DNA of 64,000 bases, from contig NC_082731.1 of NCBI RefSeq assembly GCF_030144855.1, positions 27,652,001 to 27,716,000 on the forward strand, read 5' to 3'. A program made the translations under genes and the position numbers. How positions within the stretch are numbered: position 1 is the first letter of the stretch; each line of letters starts with the position of its first letter. The notes below the pieces were generated by a model. That model searched no databases, was not told the DNA's origin, and saw nothing but the letters and a program-made list of their open reading frames with translations. This document shows, in pieces, positions 22,802-35,689 of the stretch. Source of the DNA: Hypanus sabinus (Eukaryota).

Positions 22802-25024
22802 AAATCATGTGTTTTTCATTGTGTGGTGGTTCATTGCCATTCACTGGCAGAAAGCGATAGAGCTGCTAAACTAATGGCTTATCACCTTTCTCATTTTTCT
22901 TTGGTTAGGCATCAGTACAATCATGAAGTATCTCACCCAGCGTGCTCATGGACTGTATGTCTCACTCCCATCAGGGAGGAGGCTACACAACATCCATGAC
23001 GGGACCACCAGACTCACAACCAGTTACTTTCCCCAAGCAGTAAGGCTGATAAACACCCCCTCCCACTAATTCCACCACTGCTTCGTTATTTCCTCTCAGT
23101 CACCTCACATCACGTTATGGAAAATAAATCAATCTACCTATGAATATAAGCTATTTCTGTATTTATATTTATTGTGTGTTATTATTATTGTGTTCTTTAT
23201 CTTATTGTGGTGCTTTTTGCTGCGTCAGATCCAGAATAACAAATATTACATTTTCATTTTCGCTTGAACAGGAAATCACATTAAACAATCTTGAGTCTTG
23301 AATCTTGGAGCCTTTGTGATTCGAAATACCTTCACAGATGTTCCCTCCACTTTCTCCTTTCCAACCAAAATAATTCCAGCTGTTCCATTGTCTAACTAAT
23401 GTCCATTATTCCTGGAATGATCCTAATATTCTGTCAGTGTGACTCATCACTCCTCTGAATCTGTGTCCTGAATTATGGATAATATATACGTTAGGATAAT
23501 ATAAACAGATATGAAACTGATTATTCTTTTGGCAGTATCAGTTTTATATGTGAATAGGCATAATTGTTTCCTTCCCTCTTACATCCTGATTATTTGGGCT
23601 GTAAAGGAATTACTAACAAATGAGATGATGTCATCAGCAGGTTACCTGTACATTTTGACTGTTCTTGCTGTGGAGATGGTGTGAATACTATATACTGTGT
23701 GGCGAGTATAATTCTCACATCCCTGTGGCTGTCAGTGATACAGAAATAATGCTAATACTCCAGATCGTTCTCAGTGATATGATATTTGCACACCCAGTCT
23801 ATTAGTTGGTTCGGGGTGGGGCTCACATCATTGTTGGTGTCTGTGATGTGGTGAAATGACAATGTAGGAGCAGACATCTGTGTCCAAGTGCAGATGGTGC
23901 ATGTCATACAGACAGTAGCATTCCCAATGTCCTGAGTACGGTTGTCCTCCATTGTGCCAGAGATTGCAGTGTGGGAGTTGCTGTCACCGAATCTTCACTG
24001 AAGTGTGTGGTACATTCTGTAGATAGTATACACAGCATTCACGGTATATCAGTGGTGGAGGGAATCAACTGGGGCGTGGGTGGACAAACCATATACATCG
24101 CCAAATATGCCAACACGCAAGGTGCCAACTATCAAGCCTACAGATCTGTAAAGTAGCAAAAGAGGCAAAGAATGGCCAAAGTACAGTCCCATCAAGGAGA
24201 GATCAGATCAAGGCTCTGCAGTCCTGTCACATGCAGGGTTGAATGACGATGGATCTCTAAAAGCTCGGTGAAAACCTTTGAACTGATGAATGAAAACGCT
24301 GCCCTTTCCCTGTCTATCACTTACGTGACAAATTCATCTGCAGATTCCTGTAGTCTCAGGACCTCCTGGCACAGTGGAATTCTCCTGTGCACTGTTTCAC
24401 CCACACCGTCCAGCAGTGTCTCCGTGCCTGACTGTTGACAGAGACTGTTGGTTACTATTACAGTAGCCAGTTTAACTGAAGGTTCAATATTAGGAGATGT
24501 CACTCTGACCCCCAGTGGTTACAATTATTATTGCAGGTAACAAATTGTTCAAATCAAATTGTCTTCAGACAAAATTGGCATCTGAACTCCAACAGGAAGA
24601 ATAAAAATCATCGCTGAGGGACAAATAACTACAAATGTTTCAAATAAGGGATAAAAACTACTGAAATTACAGGACAGCCACTATTGAGAGAGAAACAAAC
24701 TAATATCACAAACCTTTCAGCAGAGCTGAGGAAACTAGATAGTGTGGCGACCACTACAATAGTTTAATATTGAAAACTAAGTATAGTACCTGAAAAAATT
24801 CCATCTCACTCTAACCTGCACTCTCCATGATGACCAAGAGACCATAGCACTGCTGCTTGATCTCCCTTAAAATGTTTGGCAGAAATAAACAAAGCATGGT
24901 GAGCTGCCTTAATGACTATCATCCAGAAGTACTTACCTCAATGGTGAGGAAGTGCTTTGAGAAGATGTTTATAGCTGGAATTAACTCCTGTCTCAGCAAG
25001 GGACCCCCTGCAATTTGCCTAGGC

Positions 25025-27696
25025 CAGGGGTCGGTAACCTTTACCACTGAAAGTGCCATTTGGACCCATTTCCCACAGAAAAGAAAACATTGGGAGCCAC
25101 AAAACCCGTTTGACATTTTAAATGAAATAACACTGCATACAACGTTTTTTTGTCTTTATGCTATGTATAAACAAACTATAATGTGTTGCATTTATGAAAT
25201 CGATGAACTCCTGCAGAGAAAACGAAATTACATTTCTGCATGCAACAAAAACATTTTGAACTCCGAAAACAAGATGTTGGGTTGACGCTTACTTTTAAGT
25301 AAAATACTCAATGACTATTTGAGTCCTTCTTGTATTTATGAAAAACGCCGAACTTAAATTGTCCGCCAGCAGCAAACCAAAAATAACATCAGCCAGCTGT
25401 CAACCTGACAAATAAAAGGACTATTTCACTGAACAATGAAAAAATATGAATATACGTAAAATAATAGGTAATTAAAATATTTATCATACTTGGTTAATGG
25501 AATTTCTGCTCCTGGACCTCAACGCACAGCGTCTGCACATCAGGGCTGTATGACGTCACCTTCATCTTTACACAGGATTGCAAGCTGTCATCTGTGAGGC
25601 GTGCGCGATGTTTGTTTTTAATAAAGTTTACGTTGGAGAACACCTGCTCACATACATATGTGGATCCAAAGATCGACAGGACTCCAAGCAAATACTTTTA
25701 AATGTTTACATAAATGTCGGGGATAGCATTCCATGTTTCGAACACAAGTTTGTCCGGTTAGAGGAGGTTTTCAATATCACTCCATTTGTGATTCTGAGCA
25801 AGAACGGCCTTCAGACGGGCAACATCTTCAAGGTCTGCTGTCAAGCGTCTAAACTTGGACACCCATATGTCTTTGTCGGCTATGTCGGCCAGTTCCATCT
25901 CAAGATCAGGTTGACTCACACCTGCCAATGCAGTCGTATTCAGTAGGGTTGGATCGATACTTAGGGGAGTGACCGGGAAGGATAATGTGCTTTTTTCCTC
26001 TCCGAACTCACAGAAGCGTTTCCCAAACAATGTTTGCATTGTGATGATTGCAGAAAGTAAATACCCCGAACTTGTCATGTCGTGAGCTTGTTTGAACTCT
26101 CTCAAATTGGGGAATGTGACAATGTGCCTTTCTGTAAATCTCTGGCAAGCACTGTCAACTTGCACTCGAATGCCAAAACATCCTCCAACATGTGCAGGGC
26201 TGTGCGTCCTTTCCCCTGAAGAGCTGTGTACAGCGTGTTCAGGTGCGCTGTCATGTCTACCATGAAGTGTAGCTTTTCCAGCCACTCTGGCTGTTCCAGC
26301 TCAGGAAAGGTGAGCCCTTTGCTGCCCAGGAAAGTTTTCACTTCTTCCAGACACGCGACAAAGCGTTTCAGCACCTCCCCTCTGGACAGCCACCGGACTT
26401 TGTTGTGCAGCAGGATATCAGAATATGCGCTTTCCAGCTCGTCCAGTAACAAACGGAATTGAGGGTGATTTAAACTTTTTGCCATTATTTTAATGACAAT
26501 CTGAATGACAACATCCATTACTTCTGTACTTCTGAGGAAATGTTTGAGTGCACAGTGCCTCTTGGTGCAAGCTGCAGTGAAAAGTCAGCAGCTTTCTGTC
26601 CAGCGACTTCTGCAGTAAAGACACAAATCCCTTGTGCGCTCCTGTCATACTTGGTGCCTCATCAGTAGCTACTGACACCAGGTGGGTGGTCTTTATTCCT
26701 TTGGCTCTTAAACAATTCAAGACAGCCTTACAGATGTCCTCCCCCCGTGTTTGGCCTTTTAGAGGTATCAACTCAATCATTTCTTCCTGTGGCCCGGCAG
26801 AGTTTACATACCGGCAGAACAGCGCTATTTGTTCAATATCACCTTTGTCTTTAGACTAGTCACAGGCAATCGAGTAGGCCACAGCTGAATTGATGTCTTT
26901 AATTTGCTGTCTTGTAATGACTTCTGCCATTTTTATGGTTCTGTCTTTGACAGTCTTTGCAGAGAGGGGCATATCCCTGATTTTCTGCACAATTTCACTC
27001 TTGTTTTTAAAGTCCGTGAATAGATGTTCTGAAATCTTAATGAAAGATTCTTTTATATATATCCACCATCTGTAAACTGCTTCCCATGCCTGACTATTTC
27101 CTGAGCGGCAACAAAACTAGCATATGTAGTTGATTTTCCAGACTTCATCCACTTCCTGAAATGATTTTTGCTCAGATCAACCTTCCGCATCAGTTCAGAA
27201 ACGGCTTTTTTTCTCTCATCTGCATTCGGATATTTTTGAGCAAAAGCTGCGTGTTTATTCTGGAAATGTCTTGCGACATTTGACTTTTTGTTGTTTGCTA
27301 GTTTCTCATTGCATATTAAGCATACCGGTAAACCAATCTCGTCAGCAGTGAAAGCAAATGAATCTGCCCACGTATCATTAAACGTTTCCTTTTTTTATTT
27401 TAGAATTCTCCGTAGTTAGCCTACCTTGGATCGAAAAATTAAAGAAAGCGCGCACTGGCGGGTGTCAGGCATTGGAAGTTGTGACGTATATTAATAGCGA
27501 CAAAAACACGTTTTATTCAGATTGTACAAGATCACCATAATCTTCAAATTTAGAATTACATTTCAAAAACTAACAAACTAACATAAAATACATTTTAATT
27601 AAATACTCATCATTTATTTTCCAAAGCCACAGGGAGCCGCAGCACAGAAATGAAAGAGTCGCATGCGACTCTGGAGCCACGGGTTGCCGACCCCTT
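25025..27696 (-). mobile_element. Near full-length hAT (Charlie/SPIN-like) DNA transposon
   Basis: TIRs caggggtcggtaacc (25025-25039) and ggttgccgacccctt (27682-27696), 13/15 match, flanking a transposase. Confidence 0.92.
25494..27400 (-). pseudogene. hAT transposase, disrupted
   Basis: BED finger PVCLIC...RHFQNKH, SIACD*SKD (E-to-stop), VATDEAPSM, FHCSLHQEALC, VRWLSRGEVLKRF, FGSTYVCEQVFS dimerisation domain; several frameshifts. Confidence 0.9.
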
Positions 27697-27940
27697 GTCC
27701 AATGGATTACAAATGCTGTAGATGCGTACTTTAAGAAGGAGCAAGTTGGCTTCAGGAAGAATAGAGGCTCTGTCAACTGGATCTTCATGTTGTGTAACAT
27801 CATAGAGCAGCGCACAGAGTGGCAGAGACAACTGTACATAAATTTCATGGACTTTGAAAAAGCTTTTGATAGCATCCATGGGGAGAACCTTTGCCAAATT
27901 CTCTGATCATACAGGATCCCTTCCAAAATTGTCTAGCTTG
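27697..27940 (+). mobile_element. RTE-type LINE RT fragment
   Basis: EQVGFRKNRG...IIEQRTEWQRQLYINFMDFEKAFDSIH. Confidence 0.75.
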
Positions 27941-28806
27941 TGTTTGTTTGCTAATTTCACGTTTGCAGTAGGTAAAGTTGTAGTCATTGCATTACAGGAT
28001 GTGGATGTTTTGGAGAGGGTGAAGAGTCAATTCAGTCAAGTGTTGTTTGGATTGGAGCATATTTCCTGTAAGGTGAGGGTGGATAAACTTGGACTGTTTT
28101 TGCTGGAGTGTTGGAGACTGTGTGATGGACTGACAGAAGTATGTAAATTTATGAGAAGCATAGATAGTCACAGACTTTTTTCTCGAGCAGAAATATCAAA
28201 CGCCAAAGGTTTAAGATGAGAGAGGAAAGGTATAAATGAGATTTGAGGCAAAATTGTGGACGATATTTGGGATGTTTTCCCAGAGGAATTGATAGCAACT
28301 GATAAGAAAACAAGGCTGATCAATGAGAAACCAAGTGGTCCCAACAAAAACTAAACTGGTCACTGGTGACCAGGTTATTTGGTGAGTAAGTGCCACTTTC
28401 CAACACTGTCGACTATAGCTCCCATCACTTTACTGAAGATTGAGTAAACAAATTGGGCCATTATTGTTTAATTAGATTTGTCCTGTATTTTGATAATGGA
28501 CTTACTGGGCAATTTTCCCATTCTTGTGCAGATGTCAGTGTTGTATCTGTACTGCAGCAGTTTAGTTGGAACCATCAGTATAATGGCATTGGGCCAGAGC
28601 ACAAATTTCCTGCTTGCAGTGTAAATAAGCACCACCTTCAATCTGAGACAATCTCTGTTTTATTCCCACAGAAGCCAATATTTAAGTTTGGTTCAAGTCA
28701 GCTTCATGTTGTTACTTCCCAGAGGACAGATGTCTCCATATTTGCATGGATCCCTTCTTCCTTCAGACTTTCACCCATTCGTCAATCCTCTTTTCAGTAA
28801 TACCAG

Positions 28807-29483
28807 TATAGTGTTCTCGCTCAGGTGTAAGAGAACGCTGAACTAAACACCGAGGTAAACCGTAGTCAATGAAAACAGTATCGCAGTAAGATTAACCGTT
28901 TACTGTTCACTCTTCCACATTAACCTATGGTGAAAACTGTTGATAAAACAATACAAGATTTGTACAGTATTTGTTTCCTTCTTGATATCACATTTACATC
29001 GTAAATACTTGCAAAAGTAAACTACAACTACATTCCATTAAAATGCAGCATACAGTCAGAATCTACCTACGCCATTGACTGCTTTAAATACACTTCAACA
29101 CAAACTATTTGCAACCCTTTAACTAACGAAAACATAAACTTTATCAACCGTCATTACTTTTAACAGAATCAGCGTTAACATTTTAATTCAACATATCGAT
29201 TATCTCATGAACTTACGGCGTTGCTTCATTATGTTTCTAGTGCGTAGAAAGACAACTTTTCTCGGGCTGATCCTGCACATGTGAGCCCCCTCCTTCCCAT
29301 TTCTCCAAACCGGTATATTCCCACAAGACGAGGCAAAACCGGATGTGACGTCATCGCATGCCGCGATACATCACAGACAACGAATTTACTTTAAACAATC
29401 TTAACTTTAACTAGAAAATGCTAACAAACGAATTACTAAAGTGAAAATATTATAAGCTAAACAAATGCCATAAAGGCAACACA
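28807..29483. mobile_element. Solo LTR with 5-bp TSD ACCAG
   Basis: ACCAG at 28802-28806 and 29484-29488; termini tatagtg (probably from TGT) ... caacaCA. Confidence 0.6.
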
Positions 29484-29576
29484 ACCAGAGTTGTTTAATG
29501 GTATTGGTCCCCAAATAAAAAAAAGTATTTCCATGCCTTGAGCAGTGAGGTTATTCCTTTTAGTAAGCCTATTTCT

Positions 29577-30618
29577 GTCATAAGGTGGGCATTGGGAATG
29601 GACACAGATGCAAGACACAGACACTGAAGTACTAGGGAGAGGACTAAGTGTATCAAGAAAGCAAGGGAAGTGGGGAACAAACAACACTGGACAAGACACA
29701 GGCCCAGGACAGGGCATGGGCAAGGACTAGAGTAGGAAGGTGGGACCTGGACGAGGACTAGGAACCTGGATTAAGGACTCCGAGCCAGAGACTGGACAGG
29801 GACCTGGAACCTGGGTCTTGACTCAGGCTTGGACTCCAGATCCAGGCAAGGGCAGGACGTGGCAAGGCAACATGACTGGACATGCAAGCAGGACATGGGA
29901 CTCCAGGGCTGGACGAAGACATGAAGCTCAGACATCCACGGAGCCTTGGACACAGAATGGAACATCCACGGAACCTTGGACTGAAGCACAGGAACACAGA
30001 ACACAGAGCCATGACCCCTCCTTGGGAACAGGATGTAGGTCCAGGGCTTTCCACAGAGTCAGGACCACTCCTTGTGGATGGGAAATAGAGCCAGGACCCT
30101 TCCTTAGGAACAGGACATAAGGCCTGGACTCATACACAGACACTAAACACAGGCACACAAAGGGACAATTCCAAGCTCAACAATAGATAGTTCCTTCTGC
30201 TGGCGTGGCAAGGCTCCAGTCTTACTCCCACAGCTGAACTTCACGCTGATACAGGCAAGAACACAGGTGTGGGTTGCCAGCAGGGCTACAGGCCAGGCTT
30301 CAGAGGGAAGGAAGGGAACATTCCAGCCTCAGGGTAATTTACCCATCAGAGGCAAGGACAGGAAGGGACAGATCCCACCGTAGGGTAACAACAAGAACAG
30401 CCTGACTTACCCCCACAGTGGCAAGGACAGGATACCAACAAAACAAACCCACTTCTACACTCAAACCCAGGACCACTTATATTCCCTGCCACAAGATGTA
30501 AATCAGGTGCCTATGATTAAGCCCAAATGAAACAAGGGACAGCCGGAAGACCCGGAGTCTGGAGTTTATGGACTGAACTGTGAACTGGAGCGTGGTTTTC
30601 ATGGACCGGACCATAGCA
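29577..30618. mobile_element. Solo LTR with 5-bp TSD ATTTC
   Basis: TGtcat...atagCA flanked by ATTTC at 29572-29576 and 30619-30623; internal short imperfect repeats. Confidence 0.75.
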
Positions 30619-31409
30619 ATTTCCTCTGGAGGGTCCCCTGGTCAGATTAAGTCAAGCCACATCTCAGACAGGAAACTGAGATGGAAATATCCCCTATATC
30701 ACTGTCCAGTTTCACCCACCAGTCAAGAATGAAAATATGAAATGTATTTCTGGTAAATCAACAGCTGCACACACAGATTCTGTTCAAATTTATTCTGTGT
30801 ACTGAGTGTCAGAAGGAGATTGCTCAGCCCTTCTGTCCATTCCCTCCAAAGCTGACCTACGTTTGATCTCCATTTACCCTCCTTGGCTCATATTTTAATA
30901 ATTGAACTCAAACAAAATTTTATTAATTTTGAAGTTTCTACTGACACCTCCCACCCCTACCTCCCCAGTCTTAACTATTTCCCAGGGAGAGTTCCAGATT
31001 TCCAGTGCCCTGTATATCCTGAAGTAACAGATTATTTGTGTTATTCTTCTGCACCATTCTTGAATGTTTGTAAACTCCTCAATTTTGAAGTATGGCCTTC
31101 AATTTTTCACACTCCAGGGAACAAAAGACCAGACCTAAAATTTTATCCTAGTCCCAGTAGCACTTCACTGGCCCTGGTCCACTCCAAGGGGTGATGCCAC
31201 AAGTCACAGCCTGTGCTCCAGATGTGGTCTAATTAGATCTCTACTCCACAGCAGTGTAACATCCACCCCTCTGTATCCCTGTTTTTCCTATTAACTGCAG
31301 AACATTGAGACCTTTAGTTTAAATTCATCCTTAAGATTAATTATAACCCAAAAGTGTACGGAAGTGGGATAGATTGGCTGGTTAAATGGTGTCACAACAT
31401 CGACCTTCA

Positions 31410-32150
31410 CTCAATGTCAGTCAGAATAATGAACTGATTGTGGCCCTCGGGAAGGGAACGTGGGGGAACACACATCAGGTATCTTTGAGGGATCAGCAGT
31501 GAAAAGGGTGAGCAGTTTCAAATTCCTGGCTGTCAACATTGCTAAAGATCTATCCTGGGTCCAACTTATTGAAGAAATGGCAAAGAAAGAACATTAGAGG
31601 TTAAATTCCATTGGGAGTTTGAGATGACTTGGTGTTTCACCAAATACTGTAGTAAATTTCTACAGATCTACCATGGAGAGCATTCGATGTGGTTGCATCA
31701 CTGTCTGGTACAGACAGGCCACTGCACAGGATCAGAAAAAGCTGCAGAGAGTTGCAAACTCAGCCAGCTCCATCACGGGCACCATCTTCCCCAGCATTGA
31801 GGACATCTTCAAAAGGCAATGCCTCAAAAAACCACATCCATCATTAAAGACCCACATCATACAGGACATGTTCTCTTCTTATTACTGCCTTCAGAGAGGA
31901 GGTTCAGGAGCCTAGAGACACACACTCAACATTTCAGGAACAGCCTCTTCCCCTCTGCCATCAGATTTCTGACCAGAGAATGAATCAATTATGGACACTA
32001 CCTCCTATTTTTGCTCTTGATTTGCATGAGTTATATAAACATGAATCTTATTGTAATTTATGATTTTTATGTGTTGCACTGTACTGCTGCCACAACACAA
32101 CAAATTTCACTACATATGTCAGTGATATTAAACCTGCTTCTGATACTGAT
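31410..32150 (+). mobile_element. Rex1/Babar-type LINE 3' fragment
   Basis: ESIRCGCITVWYRQATAQDQKKLQRVANSASSITG and the typical 3' UTR. Confidence 0.8.
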
Positions 32151-34599
32151 GGGAGTGAAGGCAGAAACTAGTTGAGTCAGACGATCTGGTATACCTAACT
32201 GTAGGTGACCGGTCCGGGCCCAACTGCTACCACTGGGAAACAACAGTTCCTGAGAAAGTGTTTGGGATTGGGTGATGAACAGAAAAGAGAAGGGAAAATA
32301 GAGAGGAACCTACAGAGAGAGTGAAGGAGGAAGAGGATAAAAGACATGAAGTGGGAAAAAATGTAATGCAGAGGAAGTAATGAGTGGGGTGACAGAAAGG
32401 GGTAAGAGGAAATGAGAGACAAAGATTTAAGGTGAGGGGTATAACATTCAAAGGAGATTTGTGGGTTGTATTTTTTTTTACACAGAGAGTGACAGGTGCC
32501 TGGAATGCACTGGCAGGAGTGGTGGTGAATCAGCATGATAGTACAGTTGAGATACATTTCAAAAAGCACATGACCATTCAGGATTTGGAGGGATATGGAT
32601 TCTGTGCAGATAGTTCGCTTTAGATTAATTTGGTGTTCTGGTTGTCACAGTCATCATGGGCTGAAGGGCCTGTTCCTGTGCTGTACTGTTCTGTGTTGGA
32701 GTTTTACTTGAAGCTCAGTAACTATTTGTTATTAATAGTTGACAGATGTCTGAAACTCTGCGATAACATTAACACTCAGTCCTTACACTTCCTCTCCAGT
32801 TTCACAGGCAGGTTTAATTTGAGCAGGGGGCCCTCCCAGTGGAGCTGTGTTACTAACAAGAATAAACACACTGCTTTACATATGGAAATACAATTCTAAT
32901 GTTGTGCTTTGCACCAACCAACGTTTACCACACAGAATGAATTGAAATCAAAGGGCAAAAGACACACAGACAGCAAGACCCTCTCCTCATCACAGGGCAT
33001 TTGCAATAGGTCAGAAATGGGCCAACTGTAATGATGGATTGACCGTTACTAATAGACTTATTGATTATGTTATGGGAATGAGCATTTCAAATGTATGTAC
33101 ACCTGCATTTTATGTTCTGAAGCCGTTGGGAGACAACCACCAACAACTGAAAGTGTGTTTGCTGAAGTCCATCTTGATGACTCTAGTTCAGGTGATCAGA
33201 TAATTGTGAATTGGCAGTAATAATGTGGAAAATATGGAGAAACTAAAAGATGCCACGGACTGCCTAGTCAATGTTCCATCGATGGGCAGAATCCTGGTAT
33301 GACATACTGGAGCTGATGTTTATTGATGAGAACGAAGGCCTCCTGGTGTACCAAGTTTAGACTGAAACAACAACACAGACCACGGTCAGTGTGGTGGGAG
33401 CTGGGGATTATCATTGACTTGGAAACTCTCTGGCCCTGAAGACCAACGATAATAAACTTGCATATTCAGAGAGAATCAATCATCTTCAATTGGAATTTTG
33501 TCAGCTGATGTGGCCTGCAAGTATAGATATCTACTAAACCTTTCTTTCTGTCAGCTGGACAACAAAATGTGTAGGTTTACTTATGCAAGATACTTGTGCC
33601 AGTAGCTTGCTATTTGATTTTTGTGATCACCTTGAATAAAATAACGTCACCAGAATTGGATTTGTCTCTTTAAACTCTGAATCAATTCTGATTGATATTT
33701 CTCACAATACCTGCAAATAACTGTCCCGAGGAAGGTAGTGGGATGGTACTACCTTATTATTTGAGGAATTTTGCCCTTTCAGGTGTTGTATTGGATGAAT
33801 TAATTGTTATTTGGCTTGTAGCTTAACTTCCTTATGTTTGTTTGTTTTTAAATAATTATATACATGGAATTGTTCAGTGGGTTGCCATTGCCTGTGTATC
33901 TCCTGGAAACTCCCAGTTTCAGTGGCAGGTATCACATTGCTTGAATAGAATCTATTTCATTGGTTATTTTAAGCAATGTAATTAGAATGGAATGTCTTCT
34001 ACTAGTAATCAACAGTCATAAGCAATGGGTTTTAATGCCACTTCTTGACTGCTGAAGAACTCTGGGTTGCAAAAACATCAGGACCCGACACAAGTTTAAG
34101 TCTTGATCAACGAATCCATCAGACTGGCTGGGAACGCAGTATTTGGGGTGAGATGGTAAAGTGATACAGTATGCAAAGGGTTAACATGGTCAGTTGCACC
34201 GAGCAGGCTGTTTTCTCTGATGATGGTCAACAGATGTGCTGTTCAATGCTGAGCAATATTTCTTCTCCAAGATAGCCAGCTAGTATTTCAGGGTCCTTGT
34301 CCTTGTGCAATTATGTGCAGAGATAAGACCAGCCTATTCTGTGTGTGAGCCATTATGCTTATTCTGCAACTTTTCTTTCCGGAATGCCATGTACTAGATA
34401 AGTTTGGCTCCAGCCTGTCTTGTGTGGGGGTATCTGAACAAATATACCCATATTGTAAGGGGAATAGTGAGTTAATTGGTGGACCAGGCAGGAATAGTCA
34501 CAGACTGATCCTGTTTAGGTGACTAACTGAGTAAGCCCCAGGTGCATTGAATAAAGAATTTGTACTTACATGGATTCTGAGTGACTTTCTCCAGATTTG

Positions 34600-34895
34600 A
34601 CTTCCACAGTAATGTAGTGGTTAGCAGAATGTCTTCCAGTACAGGTGATCAGGGGTTCAATTCCTGTTGCTGCCTTTAAGGAATCTGTAATTTCTCCCCA
34701 AGGATGTGTGGGTTTCCACTGGGTACTCCAGTTTCTCCACACATTCCAAAGACATACCAATTGGTACTTTAATTGGTCATTGTAAACTGTCTAGTGATGA
34801 GACGAGGATTAAATCGGGATTCCTGGGCAGTGTGGCTCGAAGGGCCAGAAGGGCCTTTTCCATGCTGTGTGTCAATAAATAAATGAATTAAATAA
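34600..34895 (+). mobile_element. V-SINE (HE1-like) tRNA-derived SINE
   Basis: A box tagtggttagc, B box ggttcaattcc, central gtgggtttcc...ctccagtttctcc..cattccaaagac, CR1-like tail ending in aataaataaa. Confidence 0.75.
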
Positions 34896-35689
34896 TTTAC
34901 ATGGACTTTACTGATTTTTCCCATGAGTTCATTCTAAAATTATTCTTGAGTTTCCTCTCACCCTCCTCCATATGGGAGTCCAGTCCTACTGTCAATTACT
35001 CTGTCTGAGGAGCTTCCTCAACAAAGTCCACAGATTCATTCTGATGAATTTAAACCTGCAGTCTGTGTCTTTCTCTTCCTCTTTAATTTAAATCCATCTT
35101 ATGGATGTCATTTCCATTCCCTTCACTCTTCCATCACTCTGTGTCAGACGTCTCAGTGAGTCAGTAAATTGTGGGGCAAACCATTTCAGCACATCATCCC
35201 GTTGGACTGAGGCATTGCTTCCAGATTCCTCCTCTGACCAGACACTTCCTCACCTGCCATCCCCTCTCCTTCTATGTCCTGACATCTGATTTACGCTCCT
35301 GTGAAACACCTTCTGCTGATTTCCCATATTAAAGCCACACTGTAAATGCCAGTGGTTGCTGTTGGGTAACATTGTCCAATTATTTTGCATTGCAGACCAA
35401 CCATGTCCACAAATGAACCACAAAAGTTCTTGATGATGAACGGGGGCTGAGTCCCAACGAAGTCACATTTTCTATTAGAATGTGCAAGAGTGTAGAAAAT
35501 AAAATCAGAAAAGAGTGAGATAGGCAGTGTCTGGGAAAAAACATTAATCACTGGTGATTCAGGTCTGCAATTCCCTTCAGATTGCAGTGAGGTCACACTC
35601 AACTCTTTTGATAGTTACTCCCAGGAACACTTACAATAGCTTCCGTACTCGGTCTGTACTGTTTCCTGCACAGGTAGAGAGATACAGCA

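Noticed and set aside
23646-24431. Resemblance of the unidentified exons to elasmobranch NLR N-terminal exons
   Set aside because: Only a few residues match, and exon order and phase disagree.
28330-28390. J-like TKLVT stretch with a downstream gtgagt on the plus strand
   Set aside because: No FGxG/WGxG motif and no upstream RSS.
28740-28747. Octamer ATTTGCAT as an Ig promoter
   Set aside because: A few hits are expected by chance in 64 kb (others at 22172 and about 46121), and no leader or V exon follows.
32640-34560. Possible old LTR-element or coding remnant
   Set aside because: No motif could be recovered in any frame; left unannotated.
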